DNA of 64,000 bases, taken from NCBI GenBank assembly GCA_951406725.2, contig OX597836.1, positions 30,814,001 to 30,878,000 on the forward strand, written 5' to 3'. The number at the start of each line of letters is the position of its first letter. Within the stretch, counting starts at the first letter, position 1. The stretch is from Octopus vulgaris. Its lineage: Eukaryota. Made by a program: the position numbers and the translations under genes. The notes beneath the pieces are model-generated. The model made no database searches, was not told where the DNA came from, and worked only from the letters and a program-made list of their open reading frames with translations. Below are positions 13,232-25,241 of this stretch, one piece after another.

Positions 13232-13585
13232 ATCATCATCATCTAACATCCGCTTTCCATCTAGCATGAATTGGGTGATTTGACTGAGGGCTGGCGAACC
13301 AGATGGCTGCACCAGGCTCCAATCTGATCTGGTAGAGTTTCTACAGCTGGATGCCCTTCCTAACGCCAACCACTCCGTGAGTGTAGTGGGTGCTTTTACG
13401 TGCCACCAGCACAAGGGCCAGTCAGGCGGTACTGGCAACGGTCACACTCAAATGGTGTTTTTTACGTGCCACCTGCACGAGGGCCAGTCAAGCAGTACTG
13501 GCAATGGTCACACTCAAATGGTGCTTTTTACGTGCCACCTGCACGAGGGCCAGTCAGTTGGTACTGGCAATGGCCACGCTCAAAT
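13232..13585 (-). mobile_element. Family C retroposon (V-SINE-like domain, (GAT)n tail) with three ~60 bp internal repeats
   Basis: GGTTGGCGTTAGGAAGGGCATCCAGCTGTAGAAA block; tandem TTTTACGTGCCACC units. Confidence 0.75.
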
Positions 13586-13790
13586 TATACATTTATGTAA
13601 CCTGTTTTACCATGAAAAAAATACATGCATAGAAATGAATGAATATATGTACCATCATTATCATCATACACACACATACAAACATTAAGCTTGAATTTAA
13701 AAGAATGTCTAAAGATTGTTTCACCTGCTTATTCAAAGTAGGGCAAAGCGTTTGATTATTATTATCTTGAGCAAAGACATTTGTCTGAAG

Positions 13791-13995
13791 TATTCTTTTA
13801 TTTGTTTTGGTCATTTGACTGCGGCCATGCTGGAGCACTGCCTTTAGTCGAGCAAATTGACCCTAGGACTTATTCTTTGTAAGCTTAGTACTTATTCTAT
13901 CGGTCTGTTTTGCCAAACCGCTAAGTTATGAGGATGCAAACACACCAGCATCGGTTGTCAAGAGATGTTGCGGGGACAAACACACAAACACATAC

Positions 13996-14059
<64 letters not shown>

Positions 14060-14216
14060 GACGGGCTTCTTTCAGTTTCTGTCTACCAAATCCACTCACA
14101 AGGCTTTGGTCGGCCCGAGGCTATAGTAGAAGACACTTGCCCAAGGTGCCACATAGTGGGACAGAACCCAGAAGCATGTGGTTGGTAAGCAAGCTACTTA
14201 CCACACAGCCACTCCT
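13791..14216 (-). mobile_element. SINE family A, full length
   Basis: Reverse-complement match to consensus. Confidence 0.9.
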
Positions 14217-14409
14217 AGATTATTAAATAAATGTTATGACCCCCACAATACCTAAAATTGAAAGAGCTTACCACAATAAAAACTGTGAAATCATCAAAAG
14301 TAGAGTTGTTAATGCCAGTCTTGTTTAGTCATGACTGAGCAGACTTATGATCAAAGATATTCCAGCTGTAACAATTATGTTGTTTTAAAACTCTATAGGA
14401 CAACATATT

Positions 14410-15089
14410 TTGCTTTATGAGTTCAATAAAGCCAACAATGCAATGGAAAGTGCAGTATATGGGGATCAGACAACAAGTGTATGCCAGTGTCAATGGTGGT
14501 TCCAGAAATTCTGAGCCAGAAAACTACAGCCTAGAAGACATGCCTCATCCTGGAAGATCTGTAGAGCTTGATGAGGACGTCCTGCAAAACCCGGTAGTAC
14601 AAAATCCCATTATAACTGTTGAGGAACTACCAGAGAAGCTTTGGTCATTTAGCCATTCACTGATTACTGCACTAGAAGAAAAACGACCATCCTTGGTTTC
14701 AAGATGAAAGGTGTTCTTCCATAAGGATAATGCTCAGCTACATACAACGAGGATGACATTCCAAAGGCTGGAGCAGTTTGAATGGGAAACAATGCCCCAC
14801 CCACTATATTCGCCAGACATTGCCCCATTTGATTATCATTTATTCTGCAGTCTTCAAAATCATTTGGATGGGAAAAATATGAATTCTATAGACAAGGTCA
14901 GTATTGGAGGAGTATTTTTTGTCATGGACAAGTGAATTTTGGAAGAAGGGCCTTGCAAGTCTATCAGATAAATGGAAGAGCATTGTAGAAAATGAAGGAG
15001 GGTATAATTTAGATTAAAAAAGTTGGTTTATCTTAATTTTGAAAAATAAAAGTACGAAAAACCACATTATTTATGGAATGACTCCAATA
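14410..15089 (+). mobile_element. Degraded mariner transposase
   Basis: SLEDMPHPGR, HKDNA.LH and HPLYSPDIAPFDYHLF motifs with stops and deletions. Confidence 0.88.
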
Positions 15090-15339
15090 CACGATTCCTG
15101 TTTAAGAGAAAGTAGGGAGATGTCCAAAGAAAAGTTGGCTGCTATATTGAGAGAATGAGTATATAGAAACTCCCTCTCTAGGTTCATTACAGTGCTGATT
15201 ATGTTGATGATGATAGTAAAAAGAATGGAGATGCTGCTGTGGATGATGATGATGATGATGTTTGTGAATATAATTCTTTGTTTGAATTGAGAAATGAATG
15301 ATTCCTTGAAGATGTCTTCAGAAATAATGGCTGCCTTAC

Positions 15340-15430
15340 CTTTTTGTATAAGTACCCTTCGTATTGTATTTATGAGTGAAGACTTTCCAACATTTGGTAT
15401 TCCTATCACCATCACATTGTATATTGATAA
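15340..15430 (-). CDS. MTG1: MTG1 exon 5 (LSIYNVMVIGIPNVGKSSLINTIRRVLIQK-G)
   Basis: P-loop GxPNVGKS (G1) after G4, as in circularly permuted GTPases; tttctttcag and GTAAGG splice sites. Confidence 0.96.
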
Positions 15431-15645
15431 CTGAAAGAAACGAGATGGAAGGGGTGAAAATATATATTAGTATATAATGTAACCATACTGAACACAATAT
15501 GTAATATAGGCTATATAAAAACACTGACTTTTAAATATGTCTTAACATTAGTTTCAGTGAGGTGTCTTGGGTGAATAATGTAGTCTATACAGTAACAATA
15601 CAGATACTCATTCTATATTTTGTAGAAATATAGTATAATATACAT

Positions 15646-16438
15646 TCATCATCATCATCGTTTAACGTCCACTTTCCATGCTAGCATGGGTTGGACGATT
15701 TTGACTGAGGGCTGGCGAACAAGATGGCTGCACCAGACTCCAATCTTGATTTGGCAGAGTTTCTACAGCTGGATGCCCTTCCTAACGCCAACCACTCCGA
15801 GAGTGTAGTGGGTGCTTTTTACGTGCCACTGGTACAGGGGCCAGTCAGGCGGTACTGGCAACGACCTCGCTCGAATCTTTGTACACATGCCACCAGCACA
15901 GGTGCCAGTAAGGCGACGTTGGTAACGATCATGCTCGAATGGTGCCCTTTTACGTGCCACCGGCACGGAAGCCAGTTGGCTGCTCTGGCAATGATCACGC
16001 TCGGATGGTGCTCTTGGCACCCTACTAGCACGGGCACAAGTGCCAGTAAGGCGACGCTGGTAACGATCACACTCGAATGGTGCCTTTTATGTGCCACTGG
16101 CATGGAAGCTGGTTAGCCGCTTGACCATAACATCATCATCGTTTAGCGTCCGCTTTCCATGCTGGCATGGGTTGGACGGTGCAACTGGGGTCTGGGAAGC
16201 TAGAAGGCTGCACCAGGCCCAGTCTGATCTGGCAATGTTTCTACAGCTGGATGCCCTTCCTAACGCCAACCACTCCATGAGTGTAGTGGGTGCTTTTTAC
16301 GTGCCACCAGCGCAGGTGCCAGACGAGGCTGGCAAATGGCCACGATCGGATGGTGCTTTTTATGTGCCACCAGCACGGAGGCCAGGCGAGGCTGGCAACA
16401 GCCACGATCAGATGGTGCTTTTTACGTGCCACCGGCAT
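15646..16438 (-). mobile_element. Two adjacent family C copies
   Basis: Two (CAT)n tails at 15646 and 16131, each followed by the family body. Confidence 0.78.
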
Positions 16439-16894
16439 GACATATATCCTAATATTCTTTCTTGTATAGGCACAAGGCTTGAAATTTTGTCAGGGAGGGT
16501 CTAGTCAATTACAATCACCTCTATGTTTAACTGGTACTTATTTTATCACCTGCAAAAGGATGGAAGGTAAATTAACTTCATCAGCATTTGAACTCAGAAT
16601 GTAAAACCAGAAGAAATGCTGCTAAGCATTTTGTCAGGATTGCTAACGATTCTGCTAGGTCACTGACTTACTTTAATATTAGCTTTAGCATAAAGTGTTT
16701 GGGTGAGGAATGAGGAACTAGTGGTATTTCCTCCACGAATGCAAAGCACGTCTAAGACAGTAAAATGCATGTAAATAATAAATCTTGATTTTCAAGAGGA
16801 AACAGCTTGTAAAAGAGTACATACATGCTTATATATACGCTGCTTCATTGATGTAGTTCAGCTGAAAGAATTGTTTAAACAGACAAAATGCTTA

Positions 16895-17126
16895 GTGGCG
16901 AGCTGGCAGAAACGTTAACACGCCGGGCGAAATGCTTAGTGGTATTTCGTCTGTCGCTACGTTCTGAGTTCAAATTCCGCCGAGGTCGACTTTGCCTTTC
17001 ATCCTTTCAGGGTCGATTAAATAAGTACCAGTTACGCACTGGAGTCGATGTAATCGACTTAATCCGTTTGTCTGTCCTTGTTTGTCCTCTCTGTGTTTAG
17101 CCCCTTGTGGGTAGTAAAGAAATAAG
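16895..17126 (+). mobile_element. SINE family B
   Basis: Same consensus as 6595-6997. Confidence 0.88.
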
Positions 17127-17395
17127 TAACTAAACTGCCCATGCACTTTACTGGGTGAGGAGAGCATGTAGGTATCAAGCAACATGAAGAATAAATGTCT
17201 ATCAAAGAGCAGAAGAGTGCCTCTCACTGCTAAACCAAAAGCTAACAATGCTTGGCAGGAGACAAATGGCATCAGGCTTAAGAAACTTTTGAGACACACA
17301 GAGCTGTATACAACAGTTCCTCCCACTCTGTGATTTTAGGTTTTGGATGGATGGATGGTGGATGTTTGTGTTATTAAACTGAAATAGTTACTTAC

Positions 17396-17452
17396 ATCTG
17401 TCTGTTTATATCTTTCGTAGGAATTAATGCTGTTCATTATAGTTGGTATCAG
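17396..17452 (-). CDS. MTG1: MTG1 exon 4 (LIPTIMNSINSYERYKQTD)
   Basis: ttttttccag acceptor, GTAAGT donor, 57 nt in frame; resembles the corresponding animal MTG1 segment. Confidence 0.85.
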
Positions 17453-17499
17453 CTGGAAAAAAAAAACAAAAAATAGTTAAATGAAAAAGAAGACATGAC

Positions 17500-17805
17500 A
17501 TCACTGAGGTTCTTAAGCAGATAAGGCCGAAAATGTCGCTAGAAGCTGGGATCACCAAGCGTAGATGGGCATATTTCGGTGATATTATGCGGAGAGAATC
17601 CCTGGAGAAGGACATCATGCTCGGAATGGTCAGTGGCAAGAGAGGAAGAGGCCGACCAAGAACCCGCTGGCTTGACACCATCAGGAGTGATACCGGAATG
17701 GACATAGCCAGTCTGAAGGAAGCAGCCCAGGATAGAACCGACTGGAGGACACTGATCCAACGAGTGACCGAGAGTTGACTTCGACTGAGTGAATAGAGAG
17801 AGAGT
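17500..17805 (+). mobile_element. 3' end of an RTE-clade LINE
   Basis: YFGDIMRRESLEKDIMLG.VSGKRGRGRPRTRWLD motif typical of RTE/BovB C-termini; GA tail. Confidence 0.88.
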
Positions 17806-19067
17806 TGTTTAGCTCAATGTCATTTCTGACTGAACAGATCTATAATCAAAGCTATTTCAAGCATGATTATCTTGTTTTGTTCTATCTAAATATAATATCT
17901 CAAGGTCTATATCATCCAATTTTTACTTCATCTTTTAAGGTTGATTTGGCAGGTATTTGTAGTCGGTTGAGCAACCATGTAGAGACTCTGTTGCTGGCTT
18001 GAAGAATTATCAATTCTTTTTTTCCACTCAGAAGTGTGGTTGTGTGGTAAGGCTTTCCAACTACATGGTTCTGGGTTCAGTTCCATTGTGTGGCATTTTA
18101 AGCAAGTGTCTTCTGCTATAGCCCCAGGTTAGCCAAAGTCTTGTGAGTGGACCTGGTAGATTGAAACTGAAAGAAGCCCTTCATATATATATCTGTCTGT
18201 CTGTCTATCTATCTATCACCCAACCCAAGCAAGCATGGAAAAGTAGCCGTTAAATCTATCTATCTATACATACATATATATATGTGTGTATATACGCACA
18301 CACACACACACATATATATATATACATACATATTAGCCCAGATGTTAAACGATGATGATGATGAAAACGTGCTAAAGCAGACCTCGTCAGTGCTGGGGTT
18401 ACATAAAATGCGCCAAGTCCACTCTGTAAAGTGGTTGGCGTTAGGAGGATCATGCAGTTTTAGAAGCCATGCCAAGGCAGACAGTGGACCTTGGCACAGT
18501 CCCCAGGTTTACCAGCTCCAGTTAAACTATCCAACTCATGCCAGCACGGAAGATGGTTGTTAAATGATGATGAAGTTTGCTTTATAACCAAGTAATACAA
18601 TGTATGGTGTCATTGCATAACAAATTGAATAAGAGTCTTCTACTGTAGCTGTAGGCTGGTCAATATCTTGTAACTGTAGACAAAAAAATATGTAGAAATC
18701 TATTTCACACACACACACGTAGGTGTATTTGTGTTTACCTGTGTACTGAGTTGTGTCCCTTTAAATGAAAAGGTTTAATTTAGCCATTTAATAAATAGTG
18801 ATAAAATTAGTACCAGACTGAAATCATCATCATCATCGTTTAACGTCCGTTTTCCATGCTGGATGTTAAACGATGACGATGGTGATGATAATTACATAAT
18901 AGGCACAGATGTGACCATGCGGTAAGAAATTCTCAACAACATGCTTTTGAGTTCAGTCCCACTGCATAGCACCTTGGGCATGTGCTTTCTACTATAGCCC
19001 TGGGCTGACCTAAGTTTTGCGAGTGTATTTTGTCGACAGAAACTGAAAGCCTGTCATGTAAATGTGC

Positions 19068-19114
<47 letters not shown>

Positions 19115-19724
19115 CACAGGTGTGGTAAGAAGCTTGCCTCCCAACCACATGGTTCTGGGTTCAATCCCACTGCATGGTACCTTGGGCAAATATCTTCTAC
19201 TATAGCCTCAGGCAGACCAAAGCCATGCGATTGGATTTGGTAGACGGAAACTGAAAGAAGCCTGTTGTATATATCTCTCTATATATATGTGTGTGTCTTT
19301 GTTGACAACTTATGTTGGTGTGTTTATATCTCCATAACTTAGCAGTTTGGCCCATAGAATAAGTCCTGGGGTTCGTTTTTTCCAACTAAAACCCTTTAAG
19401 GCAATGCTCCAGCATGGTCACATTCAAATGACTGAAACATGTAGCGGAATAAACGAATGTGTGTGTGTTGCTGTCTCTTTGTCTAGGTTTCACATCATAG
19501 TAGTAAATGAGGGTCACCATCATGCAAGTGGTGACCTGCATTTCCATGGAAATATGTCTGGCCATGGGGAAATATTATCTTATTTGGAAACAGCTGAGAG
19601 TTGGTGACAGGAAAGGTATCCAGCTGTGGAAAACTGCCTCAGCAAATGAGCATGGAAAAGTGGACATTAAAAAAATATGATGATGAAGATGATGATTGAC
19701 AAAAAAAAAAAAAAGAAGGTGAAT

Positions 19725-20120
19725 AAGGCGCAGGAGTGGCTGTGTGGTAAGTAGCTTGCTAACCAACCACATGGTTCCGGGTTCAGTCCCACTGCATGGC
19801 ATCTTGGCCAAGTGTCTTCTGCTATAGCCTTGGGCCGACCAATGCCTTGTGAGTGGATTTGGTAGACGGAAACTGAAAGAAGCCTGTCGTATATATGTAT
19901 ATATATATATATGTGTTTGTGTGTCTGTGTTTGTCCCCCTAGCATTGCTTGACAACTGATGCTGGTGTGTTTACGTCCCCGTCACTTAGCGGTTCGGCAA
20001 AAGAGACAGATAGAATAAGTACTGGGCTTACAAAGAATAGGTCCCGGGGCCGATTTGCTCGACTAAAGGCGGTGCTCCAGCATGGCCGCAGTCAAATGAC
20101 TGAAACAAGTAAAAGAGTAA
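19725..20120 (+). mobile_element. SINE family A with 11 bp target-site duplication
   Basis: AAGGTGAATAA at 19716-19726 and 20121-20131. Confidence 0.92.
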
Positions 20121-20165
20121 AAGGTGAATAACAAGTAGATATTCAGTAAAAAACTGGATACAAAC

Positions 20166-20360
20166 ATCTTTCTTTATCACAGAAGGAAACTGTTCCTTGC
20201 AGTTGATCCACATCAATTCTTTTATGCCTTGTTGCTTTAACATGTGTTCAACATCATCTTTAAAACTCATGTCACACAGGTCAGCTTTGTTCAAAAGTAA
20301 CACATGTGGTCTGGCAGCAAGGATTCCAGAAAACCTGGGGTTCTGCCCTGACAATGGAAT
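20166..20360 (-). CDS. MTG1: MTG1 exon 3 (IPLSGQNP...LLLNKADL...VIKKD)
   Basis: IPLSG-NP and NKxD (G4) motif; acceptor gaacag; donor GTTTGT keeps phase 0 into exon 4. Confidence 0.92.
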
Positions 20361-20519
20361 CTGTTCAAATGTTAAGGGAACATATACAAAGCAAGCATAA
20401 ATCATCATCATCATTTAGCATCTATTAAATATATATCTATAAAAATATATGCATGCATATATACACATACAGATATAAATCTCTCTCTCTCTCTATTCAT
20501 TAATATATATATATATATA

Positions 20520-20916
20520 CTAGCAGTATCGCCCGGCGTTGTTCGGGTTTGTAAGGGAAATAACTATATAAGCATTTTTAGAGAGTTATAGCCAAAAAAT
20601 AGCAAAAAAATGCATTAGAAATGGAAAAAAAATTATGGTAATTTTTTTTTTAAATCGTTGACTCATCGTAGACATTTTTAGAGAGTTACTTCCCTTATAT
20701 AATAGCGAAAAAATGAATTAAAATGGAAAAAAATGATGGTAAATTTTTTTTTAAATCGTAGACTCATTGTAGACATGCGCTAATACCCAGAAGGGCTCGA
20801 TATGAATCACAACTATAAGATACCCGGTTTTGGTTAAACTGCACGCAAAATGTGGGAGTAGTTAGGAATCTAAATCGTAGGAGACAGACACACAACTTGA
20901 CTTTTACATATAAAGA
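20520..20916 (-). mobile_element. Non-autonomous Helitron
   Basis: 5' TC, 3' CTAG, subterminal hairpin CCCG-n8-CGGG, inserted between A and T; related fragment at 11430-11500 and a similar 3' end at 52234. Confidence 0.78.
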
Positions 20917-20938
20917 TATATATAAACAATTCCAGGGT

Positions 20939-21214
20939 AGGTGTTTATAAGCCATTTAAGAAACACACAAAACCCATTAGATTCACTTCAACATTTAAAT
21001 TTAATTTGTCGAATTATTTTTGTCGCTTTGAGACCGCAACCTGTTCACTGACAAAATTCCGTGCTGCATTAAATTAAATTTAAATGTTGAAGTGAATCTA
21101 ACGATTTTTGTGTGTTTCTTAAATGGCTTATAAACACCTTCCATGCTGCAATTGCTTTCGTTCCAGCACACGATCTCAGATCAGGTCACTTGCTATGCAA
21201 GTACATCTCCGTAA
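20939..21214. mobile_element. Penelope-like terminal repeat in inverted arrangement
   Basis: ~67 bp arms 20939-21007 and 21071-21139 in inverted orientation; same family at 60841-61053; hammerhead-like motif. Confidence 0.6.
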
Positions 21215-22436
21215 TATATATGTATATATAATAGAAAGAAATGAAGTGAGCATCTGTTGGAACTGCAATGTGAAAAATGTGTAACAATTAGTGCAAAAGT
21301 GCTGAGTGAAAAACTGGGTATAAGAGGAACCAGATGCTGTGCTGCTATGGACAAAGCTGTATAAATAAGTTGTTTGCTTAATGAGGCTGCAACCTGTGGA
21401 AGAAATCCCAGGAAGATATGCCATGAAATGGTGAAAGCCTTCAGAGTCCTGAGCTTGGCAGATGAGATGGCAAAGGACTGAGGTTTGGAAATGCTATGTT
21501 TTGGGTTCAACTGTTACAGTGACCTGACCCCTATGCATTTGGCTGCCTCTTCCCCTGACTCTGCAGACTACTCAGTCATATCATATCTTTCTTGTTCCCT
21601 CATCTCATACCCAGCAACTGTATCATCTTTAATACTCCTGCTGATCACCGCCCACCCTCCACTTTTCTGCATCCCTTTATCTTCACCAGTTTCATCCACC
21701 TTTCAACTCAACTCATCTCGGCAGTCTGCCTCCTCACTAGACATCCACCTTCTCATACAATCTTGCAAACTGCCCACCCATCCACTTCTACTCAGCTTGT
21801 GCCTTGTTGGGGGGGCACCTGAGCACCTTTTCGCCAGTATCTATGTCTTGCCATTCCTACTGATCATTTTCTCTTTCTATTCTCACCTTTTCCCCTACTT
21901 GATATGTGTAGTCATGGGAGGGGCTTCCTTGCCCGGATTGGCCTCACCAGCCACCTCCGGTCTCATAGCGGCAGTTCCACCAGATGATGTCAGTGGTCAT
22001 CTTCGAACCCGAAGGACGAACATTATGTGTAGTCATGCAGATCCCCCCACAAACCTACACTGCCACCCCTACTGCTCTCATAGTAAATCCTCTCATCCCC
22101 TAGCACAAAGCTAAACCTCTGGCCCCATCTCTCCCAGGGTTTGTAGTTCTGCAAAACTGCATGGTTATCTCAATAATGCAGGAGGCATGAAAAAGGTTAT
22201 GCTCAAAGCAGAAGGGCTGAACTAGCAGGTATGCAATAATAGAGCAAACTTAGTCACAAGGTTATGCCTACACAAATACAATTTTTGACTTTATCATATA
22301 TAGACCATCACTTGATATGGAAAAGAGTGTGAAGAGAAGTATATTATATTTTCTGTTATCATTGCTGTATTATATACTTTCTTGATAACTCACCTTACCT
22401 TAAAAGTAGTCATTATTTATCAGGTGAAAAGGATAC

Positions 22437-22501
22437 TCTTGCATCTCTTACTTCTATGACACAATCAACACTTTTGATACGGCTGACCATTTTTTGCATG
22501 C
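22437..22501 (-). CDS. MTG1: MTG1 exon 2 (GMQKMVSRIKSVDCVIEVRDAR)
   Basis: tttttacag acceptor; VDCVIEVRDAR family motif; frame continuous with exon 1; donor GTATCCTT. Confidence 0.95.
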
Positions 22502-23607
22502 CTGTAAAAACACATAATTGATATTATGCAGGTGTAACAATAGTTGAGCATTGGGGGAGGGGGGTCAATGTACTCGATTAACCCCTTCCCCTAAGATTTC
22601 AGGCCTTGTGTCTATTAGTAGAAAAGAATTTTCCTCTGGTATTAAAAAGTTCCCATCTCTACACTCATAATTGTTTACTTGTTACAAAGTTATTTTTTTA
22701 ACACTTGATGAGTTGACTGTGGGAAAGGAAAATAATTGTTTCAATTTTAGGGAAAGGGAGGGGGTCATTCGATTTTTTGATCCCAGTAAATAACTCTTTC
22801 AAAGCAGCGAGGTCTGTTTGATGAAAAGCCACGTCTTATGCGGCCTGCACCTTGAAAAAGGTTAACCGTGCCCGATTCACATAAAAATATCTCATGAAAT
22901 TAAAGCAAGGGAAATAACCCTCGCCAGACTAATTTAGACTGAGAAAGTTTGGTTCTTTTTTGACAGATATTCTAATTAAATATGTTCTGCATTCTAACTT
23001 CAGACCATCATATCTTTGTGAACTTCTTTCACCTCATATCCCCAGCCTTGGATAAAATATCATATATTTGCCTCTCTCGACCAGTCTACCACAGATTAAG
23101 TGGCAATTACGATCGACTGATTTCCCCCCTTCTCTCTATCAAGTCATTCAACTGTAACTTGCACACTCTCAGTTGTTCGTCCGTCGATCCCACAAGGGCC
23201 ATCTAATCATCTTGGCGTAGTTGGGATGTGATATTCCGACTACTGCAATGAAAATCCACAGACTTTGGCTACAAAGGATTTCGGCATTTTTACACAAGTA
23301 TGCTTGGTCCGATTTTGTTCCTGCATAACTTTCGGAAAAATGGATATTTTTAAACGAAATTTTCTACGAATAACTTTCAGATGGTGTAGATTCTGATATC
23401 GTTCTGGAAAATGTTTTCAGAGATGAGGGAGAATACTTTCTGATAATTCACTGGAACCAACTTCGTTTCCTCATAACTTTCCGAAATGTGAATAGCTTTT
23501 AACAAAAGTTTTTACAAATAACTTTCAGATGTTGTAGATTACGATTATAACGGAATTAAATTAGAGAAAAAGGTGGGTGCGCACAAAAAAAAAAAATATA
23601 TATATTG

Positions 23608-23846
23608 GGCACGTAAAAAGCACCATCCGACCGTGGCCGTTTGCCAGCCCCGTCTGGCACCTGTACCGGTGGCACGTAAAAAGCACCCACTACACTCACG
23701 GAGTGGTTGGCGTTAGGAAGGGCATCCAGCCGTAGAAACATTGCCAGATCAGACTGGGCCTGGTGCAGCCTTCTGGCCTCCCAGATCCCAGTTGAACCGT
23801 CCAACCCATGCTAGCATGGAAAGTGGACGCTAAATGATGATGATGA
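23608..23846 (+). mobile_element. Family C copy
   Basis: Close match to 16131-16438 in reverse orientation. Confidence 0.8.
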
Positions 23847-24689
23847 CACACATCTCATACATCAGCAAAATGAAAATTAAAAAAAATTGTCATTATGTAT
23901 GTGTGCCTCCCGCCTCCGCCAATTTTTTTCCACATTAAATTCCGGCATAATCTCACTGTACACCGTCTGAAAGGTATGTGAAGAAAATTTCATTGAAAAA
24001 TATCCACTTTTCTGAAAGTCATGAGGAAACAAAGTCGATGGGGCACATTGTGTAGGTACGCGTAAGTTTTAGCCATTACTAATCAATAAAGACAACGACT
24101 GACTAAGCAGTACCTTCAGTATGAGACGCAATCACGCAGAAGACCAGAGAACCACAATTCCCGCTTATAATACACCTCAAGTGAGTTTGAAACCACAGAA
24201 GATGTGCAGGAAACCTGTTATTTATTCTAACGGTCGCTTTTGCCGAACCGCTAAGTTACGGGGACGTAAACACACCAATACCGGCTGTAAGCGGTGATGG
24301 GGGACAAACGTTTCCGTCTACCAAATCTATTCACAAGTTTTTGCTTAGCCCAAGGCTATAGTAGAAGACAGTCTCCGAAGGTGCCACGCAGTGCGACTGA
24401 ACACGGGATCATAGGATTGGGAAGCAAACTTCTTACCACACAGCCACGCCTGCGGCTATGAGAGAGAGAGAGAAAGAGAGAATTTCTTGCATAGATATAC
24501 TGTAAGAATAAACATTTATTTACATGAAAGAAAATTACGGGAGAACTTTCATCTAATTCTTCCAAATCCTTCTGCTAAAACTGTATTGAAACCATTTGTG
24601 GGGAATTTATAAGAATAGCAATCTTAACTGTATATTCGAAAAGTATAAACACCTGGTGTTTTACACAATGGACAGCCTATCTCTCTCGC

Positions 24690-25010
24690 TTTTACTTGTT
24701 TCAGTCATTTGACTGCGGCCATGCTGGAGCACCGCCTTTAGTCGAGCAAATCGACCCCGGGACTTATTCTTTGTAAGCCCAGTACTTATTCTATCTGTCT
24801 CTTTTGCCGAACCGCTAAGTGACGGGGACGTAAACACGCCAGCATCGGTTGTCAAGCAATGCTAGGGGGAACAAACACAGACATACAAACATATATATAT
24901 ATATACATATATACGACAGGCTTCTTTCAGTTTCCGTCTACCAAATCCACTCACAAGGCATTGGTCGGCCCGGGGCTATAGCAGAAGACACTTGCCCAAG
25001 ATGCCACGCA
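24690..25010 (-). mobile_element. SINE family A, 5' truncated
   Basis: Close match to the 19725 and 25873 copies. Confidence 0.88.
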
Positions 25011-25241
25011 CCATCCTTTTTTCATTTTTTCAAGGACATTAACAAAAGTGTATTGAAATAGCTTCGACCAGGGACAAACCGGGAGTATTCACTACCACAG
25101 ACAAATATTAAACAAACACAAACCAATGACGAAACCTGTATATTGCCGCTCGACCTGCTAGAAATAGCAGCCCAATTTTTTTTCAAATCACTCCTTACAG
25201 CTTCAAGTAAAGAAAAGACACCCGTTGTTGTCTTTTACGTA

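Larger units (their letters stand above)
20361..22436 (-). other. U12-type (GT-AG) intron 2 of MTG1
   Basis: 5' site GTATCCTTT; branch sequence TTCCCTTAAC (20380-20371) ending 10 nt before the 3' junction; no polypyrimidine tract. Confidence 0.92.

Noticed and set aside
13385-13585. Regular repeats resembling a CRISPR array (also 28405-28712)
   Set aside because: Whole units repeat with no unique spacers, no cas genes, eukaryotic context
20154-20161. GTATCCAG as a second U12 donor after MTG1 exon 3
   Set aside because: Lacks the TT of the consensus, would break the frame, and the downstream acceptor is an ordinary U2 type
21485-22114. 209 aa ORF as a nested gene
   Set aside because: TTG start, low-complexity Ser/Leu/Pro composition, no domain recognised
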